Shown here one piece after another: positions 19,743-30,215 of a DNA stretch of 64,000 nt; positions within the stretch are counted from its first letter, which is position 1; each line of letters starts with the position of its first letter. The notes under the pieces were generated by a model. It worked only from the letters and a program-made list of their open reading frames with translations. It did no database searches and was not told the origin of the DNA. A program made the position numbers and the translations under genes. Where the stretch lies: positions 3,168,001-3,232,000 of the forward strand of contig CAXXUK010000001.1 in assembly GCA_963665125.2 (NCBI GenBank). The letters are read 5' to 3'. The stretch comes from an uncultured Desulfarculus sp. GTDB lineage: Bacteria; Desulfobacterota; Desulfarculia; Desulfarculales; Desulfarculaceae.

Positions 19743-20795
19743 ATGAATAGCGACGTTCAAAAACCTGACCTGCGCGATCTGCGCTCGGACCAGGTCCAAG
19801 ACCTGCTGGTGAGCCTGGGCGAAAAGCCCTTCCGGGCCCGGCAGGTATTGCAATGGCTCTACAAGCACGCAGCCCCGGACTTTGAAGCCATGAGCAACCT
19901 GTCCAAGGACCTGCGCATGCGCCTTGCCGATGTTTCGCGGCTGGTCAGCCTGGAGCCCGAACTGGTGCAGGACAGCGCCGACGGCACCCGCAAGCTGTTG
20001 ATGCGCCTGGAAGACGGCAATGCCGTTGAAAGCGTGCTCATGCCCGAGGAGTCGCACCACACCCTTTGTGTATCCACCCAGGTGGGCTGCCGCCAGGGCT
20101 GCCGCTTTTGCGCCACGGCCTCCCTGGGGCTTAAACGCAACCTGCGCCCATCGGAAATCATGGGCCAAATCCTGGCCGCCGGCAAAATGTGCGACGAATT
20201 CCGGCCCCTGACCAACCTGGTGTTCATGGGCATGGGCGAGCCCCTGGACAACCTGGACAACCTGCTGGTGGCCCTGCACCACATCCTGGGCGACCACGGC
20301 CTGCAAATGAGCCAGCGCCGGGTCACGGTGAGCACCGTTGGCCTGGCCGACCGGCTGCCGCTTTTGGCCGCGGGCAGCCCCTGCGCCGTCGCCCTTAGCC
20401 TCAACGCGCCCAACGACGAGATCCGCCGCCAAATCATGCCCGCCACCAAGCGTTTCAACATGGACGTCCTGCGCCGGGCCGTGGCGGCCTACCCCCTGAA
20501 AGCCACCCGCCGGGTTACCTTGGAGTATGTACTTTTAGGAGGCGTCAACGACCGGCCTGGGCATGCCGAAGAGCTGGCCCGCTGGGCCAAGGGCCTGCCG
20601 GTGAAGGTCAACCTCATCGCCTACAACCCGCATCCGCACAGTGAATTTCGGGCCCCCTCTCCCGAAGACGTCGAAGCGTTCCAGGAAATCCTGATCAGCC
20701 GCCATATCACGGCCCTGTTGCGCCGCTCCAGAGGCCAGGACATAGACGCGGCCTGCGGGCAACTCGTGGCCGGCAAGGGCAACCCCACCGCCTGA
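19743..20795 (+). CDS. rlmN: Dual-specificity 23S rRNA m2A2503/tRNA methyltransferase RlmN
   Basis: CVSTQVGCRQGCRFCAT, VFMGMGEP, EYVLLGGVND, RGQDIDAACGQL. Confidence 0.96.
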   Translation: MNSDVQKPDLRDLRSDQVQDLLVSLGEKPFRARQVLQWLYKHAAPDFEAMSNLSKDLRMRLADVSRLVSLEPELVQDSADGTRKLLMRLEDGNAVESVLMPEESHHTLCVSTQVGCRQGCRFCATASLGLKRNLRPSEIMGQILAAGKMCDEFRPLTNLVFMGMGEPLDNLDNLLVALHHILGDHGLQMSQRRVTVSTVGLADRLPLLAAGSPCAVALSLNAPNDEIRRQIMPATKRFNMDVLRRAVAAYPLKATRRVTLEYVLLGGVNDRPGHAEELARWAKGLPVKVNLIAYNPHPHSEFRAPSPEDVEAFQEILISRHITALLRRSRGQDIDAACGQLVAGKGNPTA

Positions 20796-21053
20796 AACAA
20801 CCAATTAAGTTGCTATATGGATGGCCGGCCAGAACGGCCCAATGCTGGGGAAAGCAGGGGATTGCTATTTAGAAACGCCCGGTCGGGGCCACTGCCGCCT
20901 ATCCGTACTTTGAGTACTGCCCCCGCTTTGGGAGCCCAAGCATTGGATACGGAACCGTGATACCCTCTTGACCTTGGCCCTCGCCATAAGTAATGCTGAA
21001 CATCGTTACCTGGGCGACTCAACAGTCAACCAAACAGCTTGCTGAGGAAAAGC

Positions 21054-23456
21054 ATGAAACTTCTCAAGATCGGTCTCGGTTTGGCGTTTATTCTGTGTCT
21101 GGCCGCCGTTGCCGTGTTTTACGGCTTTTTCAAGGGGGCTGTTCCCGAATACGACGGAACCCTGGCCGTTGCCGGCCTTGGCGAACCGGTCACTGTAAAG
21201 ACCGACGATTTCGGAATCCCGCATATTATCGCCAAAAACCAAAAAGACCTTTTCTTTGCCCAGGGCTACATCATGGCCAGGGAGCGCCTTTTCCAGATGG
21301 ACATGACCCGCCTGGCCGGGCGCGGCGAGCTGTCCACGTTTTTTGGCGAGCGAACCTTGGGCAAGGACCGCTTCCTGCGCACCGTGGGCTTTTACCGCAA
21401 GGCCAAGGCCAGCTATCCCCAGTTGCCGCCCGAGACCCAGGAAATCATCCAGGCCTTTGTGGCGGGCGTCAACGCCTATATAAAATCCGCCGATCCCCTG
21501 CCCAGGGAGTATTTTTTCCTGGGTGTCAAGCCCCAACCCTGGACCCCGGAGGACACCGTCGTCATAGATACGCTGATGGCCTACAGCCTGACCCGGTCCA
21601 AAAAGATCGACCTGGTCATGCACATGATCCGCCAGCGGGGAGGCGAAAAACTCTTTAACGAGATGCTGCCCCACTATCCTGACATGGGCCCGGTGCTGGT
21701 GGGCGGCGGCAAGCCCGCCAAACCGGCTACAGGCCCCCGTAGCGACCTGCCCAAAAGCACAAGCGGCGGCGTACAAATCGGCTTTGGCGACGACTTCCCC
21801 CTGGGCCTTGATCTGGCCGCCAGCAACTGGATGGTCTTTTCCGGCAAGCTCACCGACACAGGCAAGCCCATGTTCGCCGGCAGCCCGGATCTGGCCCCCA
21901 CCCTGCCCGCCCTGTTTTACCTGATGCACATCAAGGGTGGCGGCATCGACGCCATGGGCGGAACACTGGTCGGCACGCCTGGCCTGGGCCCCCTGGGCTA
22001 CAACGGCCACGTGGTCTTCAGCGCGGTCAACGGCCGGGGCGACGAGTTGGATTATTTCATTGAAAAGATCAACCCAGACAACCCGGACCAGTATTTGACC
22101 GAAGACGGGTACCGCGATTTCGAAGTCATCAACGACGAGATCAAGATCAAGACAGACGACGGGTTCAAGACCGAAAAGCTGACCATCCGCATCTCCCGCC
22201 ACGGCCCGATGATTTCCGACGTGCTTCCCGGCGCGCCTGCCGACTGCGCCATGCAGTGGTCGGCCCTGGACCTGCCCGCCACTGACCTGGACGGTCTCCT
22301 CAAGGCCCTGACGGCCAAGGACATCCACCAGTTCCGGCAGGCCTTGTCCGGAGTTAGGACTATAAACCTTGGGATAGGCATGGCCGACAACGACGGCAAC
22401 ATCGGCTGGCAATTTCTGGCCGCGCCGCCCATCCGCAAAAAGGGCATCGGCTCGGCCCCGGTGCCCGGCTGGACCGGCGAATACGACTGGACCGGGTTCG
22501 TGCCCTTTGACCGGCTCCCCTATGACATCAACCCCAAGTCGGGCTACGCGGCCTCGTTCAACAACGAGCCGGGCAATATCTCGTATTATCTGACCAACTA
22601 CTACCTCTATGAGCGAGCCCTGCGCTTCAAGCGGATCATGGACCAGCGGCCCAAGGGCCAGAAGGTCACCTTTGCCGAGTTGAAGCAAATGCAGCTCGAC
22701 ACCGGATCAGTCCCGGCCGAGCGGTGGGTGCCTCTGGCCTTAAAGGCCTGCGGCGACGACCCCAAGTTCGCCACCGCCGTAACCCTGCTAAAGGATTGGG
22801 ACTACAAGGTTAAAATGGACAGCTCGGCGGCCACGTTGTTCAATTATTTCTACTACCTGATGATGGGCAACACCCTCAAGGACGACGTGGGCGAGGAGAT
22901 CTGGCTGGAGCACCTGCGCCACGAATACCTGTATTACGTGCCGGACGAGGTGCTCACCCGCATCTATCAGCAGCCGAAACACTACCTGTTTGACGACACG
23001 ACCACCAAGGATGTCAAGGAGACCCGCGACGACATCATCCGCCGCAGCATGGCCGAGGCCTTGGAATACCTAACCCAAAAGCTGGGCCCGGACACCGCGA
23101 ACTGGAAATGGGGAGGCGTGCACAAGATGCGCTTCGACCATCCCCTGGGCTCCAAGCTTTCTTTCCTGAACCTCAAGCCGGTGCCCACTCACGGCTCGCA
23201 CCACACCATCAACTCGGGTTTCTGGAAGACCGAGAAACCCTTTGAGATGTGCAGCGGCGGCGTCATCCGGATCATGATCGATTTCGCCGACATGAATAAA
23301 TCTACGATCATCAGCCCGCCGGGCCAGTCGGGCCACTACCTGAGTCCCTATTATGATGATCTGGTGAGGACCTGGGCCGCCGGCGATCAGGTGCCCATGC
23401 ACTATGACGACAGCCAGAATCTGCCCCAGACGCTGACCCTCAAACCGGCCCAATAG
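21054..23456 (+). CDS. Penicillin acylase family protein (Ntn hydrolase) with N-terminal anchor
   Basis: DDFGIPHIIA, FAQGY..ARERLFQMD, beta-chain start SNWMV, PPGQSGH..SPYYDD. Confidence 0.93.
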   Translation: MKLLKIGLGLAFILCLAAVAVFYGFFKGAVPEYDGTLAVAGLGEPVTVKTDDFGIPHIIAKNQKDLFFAQGYIMARERLFQMDMTRLAGRGELSTFFGERTLGKDRFLRTVGFYRKAKASYPQLPPETQEIIQAFVAGVNAYIKSADPLPREYFFLGVKPQPWTPEDTVVIDTLMAYSLTRSKKIDLVMHMIRQRGGEKLFNEMLPHYPDMGPVLVGGGKPAKPATGPRSDLPKSTSGGVQIGFGDDFPLGLDLAASNWMVFSGKLTDTGKPMFAGSPDLAPTLPALFYLMHIKGGGIDAMGGTLVGTPGLGPLGYNGHVVFSAVNGRGDELDYFIEKINPDNPDQYLTEDGYRDFEVINDEIKIKTDDGFKTEKLTIRISRHGPMISDVLPGAPADCAMQWSALDLPATDLDGLLKALTAKDIHQFRQALSGVRTINLGIGMADNDGNIGWQFLAAPPIRKKGIGSAPVPGWTGEYDWTGFVPFDRLPYDINPKSGYAASFNNEPGNISYYLTNYYLYERALRFKRIMDQRPKGQKVTFAELKQMQLDTGSVPAERWVPLALKACGDDPKFATAVTLLKDWDYKVKMDSSAATLFNYFYYLMMGNTLKDDVGEEIWLEHLRHEYLYYVPDEVLTRIYQQPKHYLFDDTTTKDVKETRDDIIRRSMAEALEYLTQKLGPDTANWKWGGVHKMRFDHPLGSKLSFLNLKPVPTHGSHHTINSGFWKTEKPFEMCSGGVIRIMIDFADMNKSTIISPPGQSGHYLSPYYDDLVRTWAAGDQVPMHYDDSQNLPQTLTLKPAQ

Positions 23457-23482
23457 CGGCCGCTGTGCCCCTGACGACGAAT

Positions 23483-23515
23483 AAGCGGGCCGATCCTCCG
23501 GTTCGGCCCGCTTTT
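23483..23515. terminator. Bidirectional terminator between convergent genes
   Basis: aagcgggccga / tcggcccgctt stem followed by tt. Confidence 0.7.
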
Positions 23516-23517
23516 CA

Positions 23518-24942
23518 TCACTCCAAAGGCCAGCCCTTGACCGGACCGCAGGCCAGCACGTAGAGCAGGCGGCCTTTTTCCGGCACGGCGGCGGCATTGG
23601 CCGCCTCGCCGTCAAAAAACGCGCCCACCCCGCAACAGCCCAGGCCCAATGAGGTGGCCGCCAGGTAGAGCCTTTGGCCCGCCCGTCCGGCGGCGATCAT
23701 GGCGTGGCGGTAGGCCCTGGGGCCGCCCGCCTCGGTTATGGCCTCCAAATCGGCCCACAAGGCCATGACCATGGCGGCCTGACCCACCCAGAGCTGGCCC
23801 AGACAGGCCCTGGCCAGGCTGTTGCGCCTGTCCTCGCCGGGCCGCAGGATGGCCAGCCTGCGTGTGTCGGGCATGTACTCAAAGGCCCCGGACATCAGGT
23901 CTCTGGAGGGTCCCAGCAGCACATTGGCCCGGACGGGCCCATTGGCCGGGACGGTCGTGGCCAGCAACATGGCAACATCAGCGGCGTCCAGAGACGCGGT
24001 CAGAAAATTGCGGCGGGAGCGGCGCCCGCGCAGCACGTCGAAAAGACGGGCATCGCACTCGGTAGGATCGGGCAGAGGCAGGATCTTTTCCGGTTTGGGC
24101 GGCTTCGGCCACTGGGGCTCGGACCGCGGCTCGAACAACTCCCCGGCGGTGTGGGCCTCCAGGAGGACGCGGTCCCGGCCGATGCGCCTGCCCAAAGGCT
24201 TGGCCTGGAGGTCAAGGGGCGGCAGCCCGGCGGAGTCAGGACCCGCCTCGGCCGCTTGGCCGCCGCAGCGGACCACGGCCAGGGCTGATTCGTCCTGGTC
24301 GTCCAACCCCAAAAAAACGCCCAGGCCCTTGTCCGGGAAATCAAGTTGGGTCCGGGTGGGCAGGCCCAGGGCCGCGCAGGCCAGTTCCAGGTTGGCCAGC
24401 AGGTGCCCGCCGTCCAGCAGGCAATAGCGGTAGGCCCTGGAGCGGTATTTCCACAAGCTGCGCCAGTGCATGGCGCTGATGAAAAAGCACAGCCCCGGCG
24501 GCGGTGGGCCGATTATCCCGGCCAGATGGGCGGCCAGGGGCCCCGGCCACAGCGCATGCGCCCCGGCGGCCGACGGCGCGAAATGATACAGGCCGTCCTC
24601 CAGCCCTTGGACGCCGGAGGCGGTGAAGTACAGTTCGCAGGGATACAGGGCGCCGGCGCTGGCCCAGGTGCGCAAGCCCACCACATGGGATCGCTGGGTC
24701 ACCCCGGCGGCCATCAGCAATATGGCCGCCAACCCCGCCGCGTCCACGGACGACCCCGGGACGGCATCACCGGCGGCGGCCCGGGCCAACGTGGCCCCGC
24801 CGAACTCGGGCCGTGGCAGGGGCAGCGGCTCCAGGTCCTTGTAATACTTGTAGGGGCTGGGCTGGTTGGACCAATCCAGAACATGCCCGTTCATGGCGTC
24901 GCGGGCATAGGCCGTATCGTCATGGTAAAATTGTTCACTCAT
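23518..24942 (-). CDS. SagB/ThcOx-like dehydrogenase with two nitroreductase domains
   Basis: LDWSNQP..YK.Y, RTWASAGALYP.E, WKYRSRAYRY..LD.GH, RRSRRNF, GCCGVGAFFD. Confidence 0.88.
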   Translation of the reverse strand: MSEQFYHDDTAYARDAMNGHVLDWSNQPSPYKYYKDLEPLPLPRPEFGGATLARAAAGDAVPGSSVDAAGLAAILLMAAGVTQRSHVVGLRTWASAGALYPCELYFTASGVQGLEDGLYHFAPSAAGAHALWPGPLAAHLAGIIGPPPPGLCFFISAMHWRSLWKYRSRAYRYCLLDGGHLLANLELACAALGLPTRTQLDFPDKGLGVFLGLDDQDESALAVVRCGGQAAEAGPDSAGLPPLDLQAKPLGRRIGRDRVLLEAHTAGELFEPRSEPQWPKPPKPEKILPLPDPTECDARLFDVLRGRRSRRNFLTASLDAADVAMLLATTVPANGPVRANVLLGPSRDLMSGAFEYMPDTRRLAILRPGEDRRNSLARACLGQLWVGQAAMVMALWADLEAITEAGGPRAYRHAMIAAGRAGQRLYLAATSLGLGCCGVGAFFDGEAANAAAVPEKGRLLYVLACGPVKGWPLE

Positions 24943-25047
24943 TTTCCGGCTGAAAACTCTTTTTCGTTACAGGTCCTTTTGATGCTTTACGGGCCATGCG
25001 GATAGTCTACACTGAAAAATAATGCACTTGCAGATATAAGGATTAAC

Positions 25048-27441
25048 ATGAGCAAATACGTCTGCATCCACGGCCACTTTTACCAGCCGCTCCGGGAAAA
25101 TCCGTGGCTGGAGGTGGTGGAGGTCCAGGACAGCGCCGCGCCTTTTCACGACTGGAACGAGCGGATCACAGCGGAATGCTACGCCCCCAACACGGCTGCC
25201 CGGATCATGGGCGATGCCGGACGCATCATAGAGATCGTTAATAATTACGAACGCATTTCCTTCAACTTCGGGGCCACCCTGCTTTCGTGGATGCAGAATC
25301 AAACCCCGGAAACCTATGAAGCCATAATCAGCGCCGACCGCTCGGCGCGCAAACGCTGGGGCCACGGCGGGGCCATGGCCCAGATCTACCACCACGTGAT
25401 AATGCCCCTGTGCAACCGCCGGGACAAGACAACCCAGATCGCCTGGGGCCTGGCCGATTTTGAGCGCCGCTACGGCAGAAAGGCAAAGGGCATTTGGCTT
25501 AGCGAGACGGCGGCCGACAGCGAATCCCTCGACCTTTTGGCCAAGGCCGGCGTGGAGTTCACCATCCTGGCCCCCCATCAGTGTGCCGCGGTTCGCCAAA
25601 AGCCGGACCAGCCCTGGCAGGACGTGGGTGGCGTCGTGGACGTGACCCGGCCATATATCGTGCGTTTGAACGAGGGCCGCAGCATCACGGTGTTTTTTTA
25701 TCAAGACGAGGTCAGCCGGGCCGTTGCCTTCGAGCATTTGCTCAATGACGGCGCCCGGTTCGCGGGCCGAATCCTGGGAGCCTTTGACAACGGCGGAGCC
25801 AAGGCGCCTTTGATCAGCCTGGCCACCGACGGCGAATCCTACGGCCACCATCACCGCTTCGGCGAGATGGCCCTGGCCTTTGCCCTGGAGCAAATCGAGC
25901 AGGACAAGGACGTCGAGCTGACCAACTACGCGGCGTATCTGGAAAAGCACCCGGCCACCTGGGAAGCCAAGATCGTCGAAAATTCATCGTGGTCCTGCGC
26001 CCATGGCGTGGAGCGCTGGCGCTCGGACTGCGGGTGTAACACCGGAGCCAATCCCTCCTGGAACCAGCGTTGGCGCGCGCCCCTGCGCCAGGGCCTCAAC
26101 CGGCTGCGGGACCGCCTGGCCGTGTTGTACGAAATCCAGGGCGGGGCCCTGTTCCACGACCCGTGGGCGGCGCGCAACGACTATGTCAATGTGCTTTTGG
26201 AAGAGTCGGACCGGTCGCGTCGGGATTTCCTGGACCGCAATTGCAAGGCCGCGCCCACCGAATCAGAGGAGGTCAGGGTTTGGCAGCTTCTGGAGATGCA
26301 GCGCTGGGCCATGGCCATGTTCACTTCCTGCGCCTGGTTCTTTGACGATATAAGCGGCATCGAGCCGGTGCAGAACCTGCGCATGGCCGCCCGGGCCATC
26401 CAACTGGCCCGGGCCATGGGCGCCGAGGGCCTGGAGGAGGAACTGACGGCAACCCTGGCCCAGGCAAAATCCAACCGGCCGGCCAAGGGCAGCGGGGCTG
26501 ATATCTGGCGGGCCGATGTGGCCCCGGAGTTGGTCGATATCGCCAGGGTCACGGCCCACGCGGCCATCAGCGGCGTGTTGGAGCAGGAGCCTCCCCCGGA
26601 GCGGCTCTATTGCTACGACCTGCGAACCCTGCGCCACGAACACCGGGACCATCTGGGCCTGGCCCTGTCCTGGGGCGTCATGAGGGCTTGTCACCGCCGC
26701 ATCGGCTGCGAGCAGGAGTTCATCTACGCCGCCCTGCACCAAGGCGGACAAAACTTCGCCGCCTGGGTCGGCCCCAGCCGGGAAGACTGGAGCGTCGACG
26801 CATTCGGCAAGGCCATCGCCGCTCCCCTGGCCGCCCTGGACACCGAGGCCATGGAAAACTTCATGGGCCGCGACCTGGGCGGGCCTGGCTTTGGCCTGGC
26901 CGATCTGTTTTTGGAGGGACGCCGCAGCCTGGCCCAGGAAATGGCCATGCAGATGACCCAGCGCCACGCGGAGACGGCCAGGCACATCTTCGAGGAAAGC
27001 CGCGACCTGATGCTGATGCTCCAGCGGATCAACGTGCCCATGCCGCCGATCTTCAAGGCCCTGGCCCAGGCCATGATCACCGACGACCTGGTGCGGGGCA
27101 TGAACCGCATCAACGGCGACAACCTGGCCTCCCACCTGGGCGGTTTGGCCCGCCAGGCCCGGCGTTTGGGCCTTAGTCTCGAAAACAACCGCCTGGAGCG
27201 GGCCGTGGCCTGGCACCTGGCCGATTGCGTGGCCAAGCTGGAGGACTCCCCCGGTGAAACCGGGGCGGCGGGCCGGGCCCTGATCCTGTTGGATCTGAGC
27301 CAGGCCCTGGAATTGAGGCCCGATCTGTGGGAGGCCCAGAATCTCTGTTTCCGCCTGAGCCGCCACATGGGCGCGGACTTGCCGGAAAAAATAAGTGAAA
27401 TCGCGACACGCCTGAACATCGCCTTGCCCGGCAACAACTAA
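25048..27441 (+). CDS. GH57 family glycoside hydrolase with DUF3536
   Basis: CIHGHFYQP.RENPW, ATDGESYGHH, WSCAHGVERW, MFTSC.WFFD. Confidence 0.92.
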   Translation: MSKYVCIHGHFYQPLRENPWLEVVEVQDSAAPFHDWNERITAECYAPNTAARIMGDAGRIIEIVNNYERISFNFGATLLSWMQNQTPETYEAIISADRSARKRWGHGGAMAQIYHHVIMPLCNRRDKTTQIAWGLADFERRYGRKAKGIWLSETAADSESLDLLAKAGVEFTILAPHQCAAVRQKPDQPWQDVGGVVDVTRPYIVRLNEGRSITVFFYQDEVSRAVAFEHLLNDGARFAGRILGAFDNGGAKAPLISLATDGESYGHHHRFGEMALAFALEQIEQDKDVELTNYAAYLEKHPATWEAKIVENSSWSCAHGVERWRSDCGCNTGANPSWNQRWRAPLRQGLNRLRDRLAVLYEIQGGALFHDPWAARNDYVNVLLEESDRSRRDFLDRNCKAAPTESEEVRVWQLLEMQRWAMAMFTSCAWFFDDISGIEPVQNLRMAARAIQLARAMGAEGLEEELTATLAQAKSNRPAKGSGADIWRADVAPELVDIARVTAHAAISGVLEQEPPPERLYCYDLRTLRHEHRDHLGLALSWGVMRACHRRIGCEQEFIYAALHQGGQNFAAWVGPSREDWSVDAFGKAIAAPLAALDTEAMENFMGRDLGGPGFGLADLFLEGRRSLAQEMAMQMTQRHAETARHIFEESRDLMLMLQRINVPMPPIFKALAQAMITDDLVRGMNRINGDNLASHLGGLARQARRLGLSLENNRLERAVAWHLADCVAKLEDSPGETGAAGRALILLDLSQALELRPDLWEAQNLCFRLSRHMGADLPEKISEIATRLNIALPGNN

Positions 27442-27456
27442 AACCGAGGGTGAGCA

Positions 27457-29562
27457 ATGGATAAGATCAGCTTGATAATGGTCCTGCACGGCCACCAGCC
27501 GGTGGGCAACTTCGACAAGGTATTCGCCCTGGCCACCAAGGTCTGCTACCGGCCGGTGGTGGAGACGTTCGCCAAATATCCCGAGTTCAAGCTGGGCCTG
27601 CATTTTTCCGGTCCCCTGCTGAGCTGGCTGGAAAAGGGCGACCCGAAGCTGTTGGACACCGTGGCGGCAATGGTCAAAAGAGGCCAGGTGGAGATGCTCA
27701 CTGGCGGGTTTTACGAGCCCCTGTTGGCCTCGATCCCGGCCCGCGACGCCCTGGGCCAGCTGGGCATGATGACCCGCTATATTTTCAAGCGCTTCGGCCA
27801 AGAGCCCAAGGGCCTGTGGCTCTCCGAGCGGGTCTGGGAGCCGGGGCTGCCCGCCAAGATCGGCCCGGCCAAACTGGGCTACACCCTGGTGGACGACACC
27901 CACCTGACCTATGCCGGCCTGCCCGCCGGGGGCATGTTCGGCCACTACATCACCGAGCGCGAGGGCCACACCCTGGCCATTCTGCCCACCCACATTAAGC
28001 TGCGCTACACCATCCCCTTCCAGGAGCCCCAGGCCACCCTTGATTTCCTGAAAATGGCCCTGGACAAAAACGGCCCCACCTGCGCCACCTATGGCGACGA
28101 CACGGAAAAGTTCGGCCTGTGGCCCGACACCTATGAATGGGTCTTCGGCAAAAAATGGCTGGTGCGCTTCATCGAGGCGGTTCTGAAAAACGACGACTGG
28201 CTGCGAACTGACCACGCGGGCCGCTGGGTGGCCCAGGAAAAGGCGCGGGGCCGGGTGTATCTGCCCACGGCATCCTACGAGGAAATGGGCCAATGGGCCC
28301 TGCCCTCCGAGGCGGCCGAAGACCTGATCCGGGCCGAGGAGCAGCTCAAGGCCGAAAAACGCTGGGACCAGTTCAAGCGCTGGTTCCGGGGCGGCATCTG
28401 GGACAACTTCCTGGTCAAGTACCGCGAGTCCAACATCATGCACAAGCGCATGCTGGCCATCAGCAACAAGGTCGAAGCCTGCGGCGACGCGCTGGCCAGG
28501 GACCACATGTACCAGGCCCAGTGCAACTGCGCCTATTGGCACGGTCTGTTCGGCGGGCTGTACCTGGGCCATCTGCGCCAGGCCATCCACGAGCACCTGA
28601 TCATCGCCGACAGCCTCTGCGACGAGATCAGCCACGGCACCGGGCCCTGGGCCGAGGCCGCCAGGTCCGACGTGGACATGGACGGCAACGAGGAGATCGC
28701 CCTGGCCAGTGCGGAGCTGGACCTGTTGGTGCATCCGTCATACGGCGGCTCGGTCAGCGTGTTGAACCTGCGGGAAAAGGCCGTCAACATCGCCGATGTA
28801 TTGACCCGGCGCAGGGAGGCCTATCACCGTCACCTGGACGAATACGAGACCGAGTTGGACGAATCCACCGGCGAGGTCAAATCCATCCATGACATCGTGC
28901 GCTTCAAGGATGAAGGCCTCCAGGACATGCTGGTCATCGATTGGTACGACCGGGCCTGTTTCCAGGATCACCTGCTGGCCCCCGAGGCCACGGCCGAAAA
29001 ATTCCAGCGCCCGGACTACGGCGAATGGGGCGATCTGGTCACCGGCGCCTATGAGGTAAGGGCTGTCGTCTCCCAAACTGGCGGGGCCGGATGCGACCTG
29101 CGCCGGGAGTCGTTCGTCTACGCGCCGGGCGGGCCGTATCCCCTGAGCGTGGACAAGAGCTTCCGCCTGGAGCCTGGCGGCCGGCTGTCCTGCGCCTATA
29201 AACTGACCACGGGCGAGGATTCCCCGGCCATGCGCTTGGGCGTGGAGTTGAACCTGACCCTGCTTTCGGAGGTCGACCCCCTGCGGCACATGGAACTGAG
29301 CAGCCGGGCCAAATGGGGCTTTGACGAACTTGCCGAGGCCGAGGACGTGGAGTGGCTGCGCCTGATCAACCGCGACCAGGGCTACATCGTGCGCCTGACC
29401 CCGGGCCGACCCGCCGGGCTGTGGCATTTCCCGGTGGAGACGGTGAGCCAGAGCGAGGACGGCCTGGAAAAGACCTATCAGGGCAGTTCGCTGATGTTTG
29501 TCTGGGACGTGCCCGCCGGGGCGGGCGAACACAAGTTCGAGCTTTTACTTGAACTGGAATAA
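27457..29562 (+). CDS. GH57 alpha-amylase/4-alpha-glucanotransferase
   Basis: H.HQPVGNF, GLWLSERVWEP, DDTEKFGLWP, QCNCAYWHGLFGGLY, ETVSQSE.G.E..YQG. Confidence 0.92.
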   Translation: MDKISLIMVLHGHQPVGNFDKVFALATKVCYRPVVETFAKYPEFKLGLHFSGPLLSWLEKGDPKLLDTVAAMVKRGQVEMLTGGFYEPLLASIPARDALGQLGMMTRYIFKRFGQEPKGLWLSERVWEPGLPAKIGPAKLGYTLVDDTHLTYAGLPAGGMFGHYITEREGHTLAILPTHIKLRYTIPFQEPQATLDFLKMALDKNGPTCATYGDDTEKFGLWPDTYEWVFGKKWLVRFIEAVLKNDDWLRTDHAGRWVAQEKARGRVYLPTASYEEMGQWALPSEAAEDLIRAEEQLKAEKRWDQFKRWFRGGIWDNFLVKYRESNIMHKRMLAISNKVEACGDALARDHMYQAQCNCAYWHGLFGGLYLGHLRQAIHEHLIIADSLCDEISHGTGPWAEAARSDVDMDGNEEIALASAELDLLVHPSYGGSVSVLNLREKAVNIADVLTRRREAYHRHLDEYETELDESTGEVKSIHDIVRFKDEGLQDMLVIDWYDRACFQDHLLAPEATAEKFQRPDYGEWGDLVTGAYEVRAVVSQTGGAGCDLRRESFVYAPGGPYPLSVDKSFRLEPGGRLSCAYKLTTGEDSPAMRLGVELNLTLLSEVDPLRHMELSSRAKWGFDELAEAEDVEWLRLINRDQGYIVRLTPGRPAGLWHFPVETVSQSEDGLEKTYQGSSLMFVWDVPAGAGEHKFELLLELE

Positions 29563-29588
29563 GGGCCGGGATTTTTCAACCCCGGCCC
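29563..29588. terminator. Hairpin between convergent genes
   Basis: gggccggg-N10-cccggccc. Confidence 0.55.
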
Positions 29589-29600
29589 ACTCCGCGCCGC

Positions 29601-30152
29601 TCACAAGGCGTTCTTGACCAGCAGGGCCCGGCAGCCCTCTTGCTCGGTGACACTAAAACCGGCCTCCCGGGCCCGGGCCAGGCTGTCGGCAAAGGCCTCG
29701 GGCGGCACGTGGCCCTTGGGCTCGATGAACAGCAGGCCGCCGCCGGGCTTGAGCAGGCCGTGGGCCTCTTCGAAAAAGGCCCGGCCGTCGGGCACCTCGT
29801 GAACCATGTGGATGGCCGGAATAAAGTCAACCGCTCCGGCCAAGTCGTCTAGGCCCATGCTTCTTCCGTCGGACAGTTGCGTCTCCACCACCTGGGCCAC
29901 GCCGGCCTTGGCAGCCCGGCGCTCCAGCCCGGCGAGCATCTTGGCCTGCACGTCCACGGCCACCACCCGGCCCGACAGGCCCACCATCTCGGCCAATGGC
30001 AGGGTGAAAAAACCCATGCCGCTGCCCGGCTCCACCACGGTCATGCCCGTCTCGACATAGGGCCCCAGCAGCTTGCGGGGGCTTTCCATCAGCTTGCGTA
30101 GCGGATTTAATAAAACGTAACCCATCCACCAGGGACATACGCGCTTTTCCAT
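29601..30152 (-). CDS. Class I SAM-dependent methyltransferase
   Basis: VCPWW, EPGSGMGFFT, AVDVQ..ML, HEVPD, LKPGG..L..EP. Confidence 0.9.
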   Translation of the reverse strand: MEKRVCPWWMGYVLLNPLRKLMESPRKLLGPYVETGMTVVEPGSGMGFFTLPLAEMVGLSGRVVAVDVQAKMLAGLERRAAKAGVAQVVETQLSDGRSMGLDDLAGAVDFIPAIHMVHEVPDGRAFFEEAHGLLKPGGGLLFIEPKGHVPPEAFADSLARAREAGFSVTEQEGCRALLVKNAL

Positions 30153-30167
30153 GACATCTCCTTTTTA

Positions 30168-30185
30168 TTACTAAGTACTTACTAA
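30168..30185. promoter_or_regulatory. Candidate TetR operator upstream of the methyltransferase
   Basis: ttacTAAGTACTTActaa, perfect 10-bp core palindrome resembling the site at 30885-30904. Confidence 0.65.
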
Positions 30186-30215
30186 CTTTATTGACCAAAA
30201 AAATTTACCCTCAGG

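Noticed and set aside
20870..21020. Calling the intergenic structure 6S RNA or a TPP riboswitch
   Set aside because: Only fragments match; the TPP CUGAGA motif and the usual 6S length and context are missing, so it is left unassigned
21006..22688. 560-aa minus-strand ORF
   Set aside because: Antisense shadow of the penicillin acylase gene
23518..24942. SagB-like gene as evidence of a RiPP (azole) cluster
   Set aside because: No YcaO, E1-like protein or precursor peptide nearby; standalone double-nitroreductase proteins are common
26263..28734. 823-aa minus-strand ORF
   Set aside because: Antisense shadow of the two GH57 genes, with no motifs of its own
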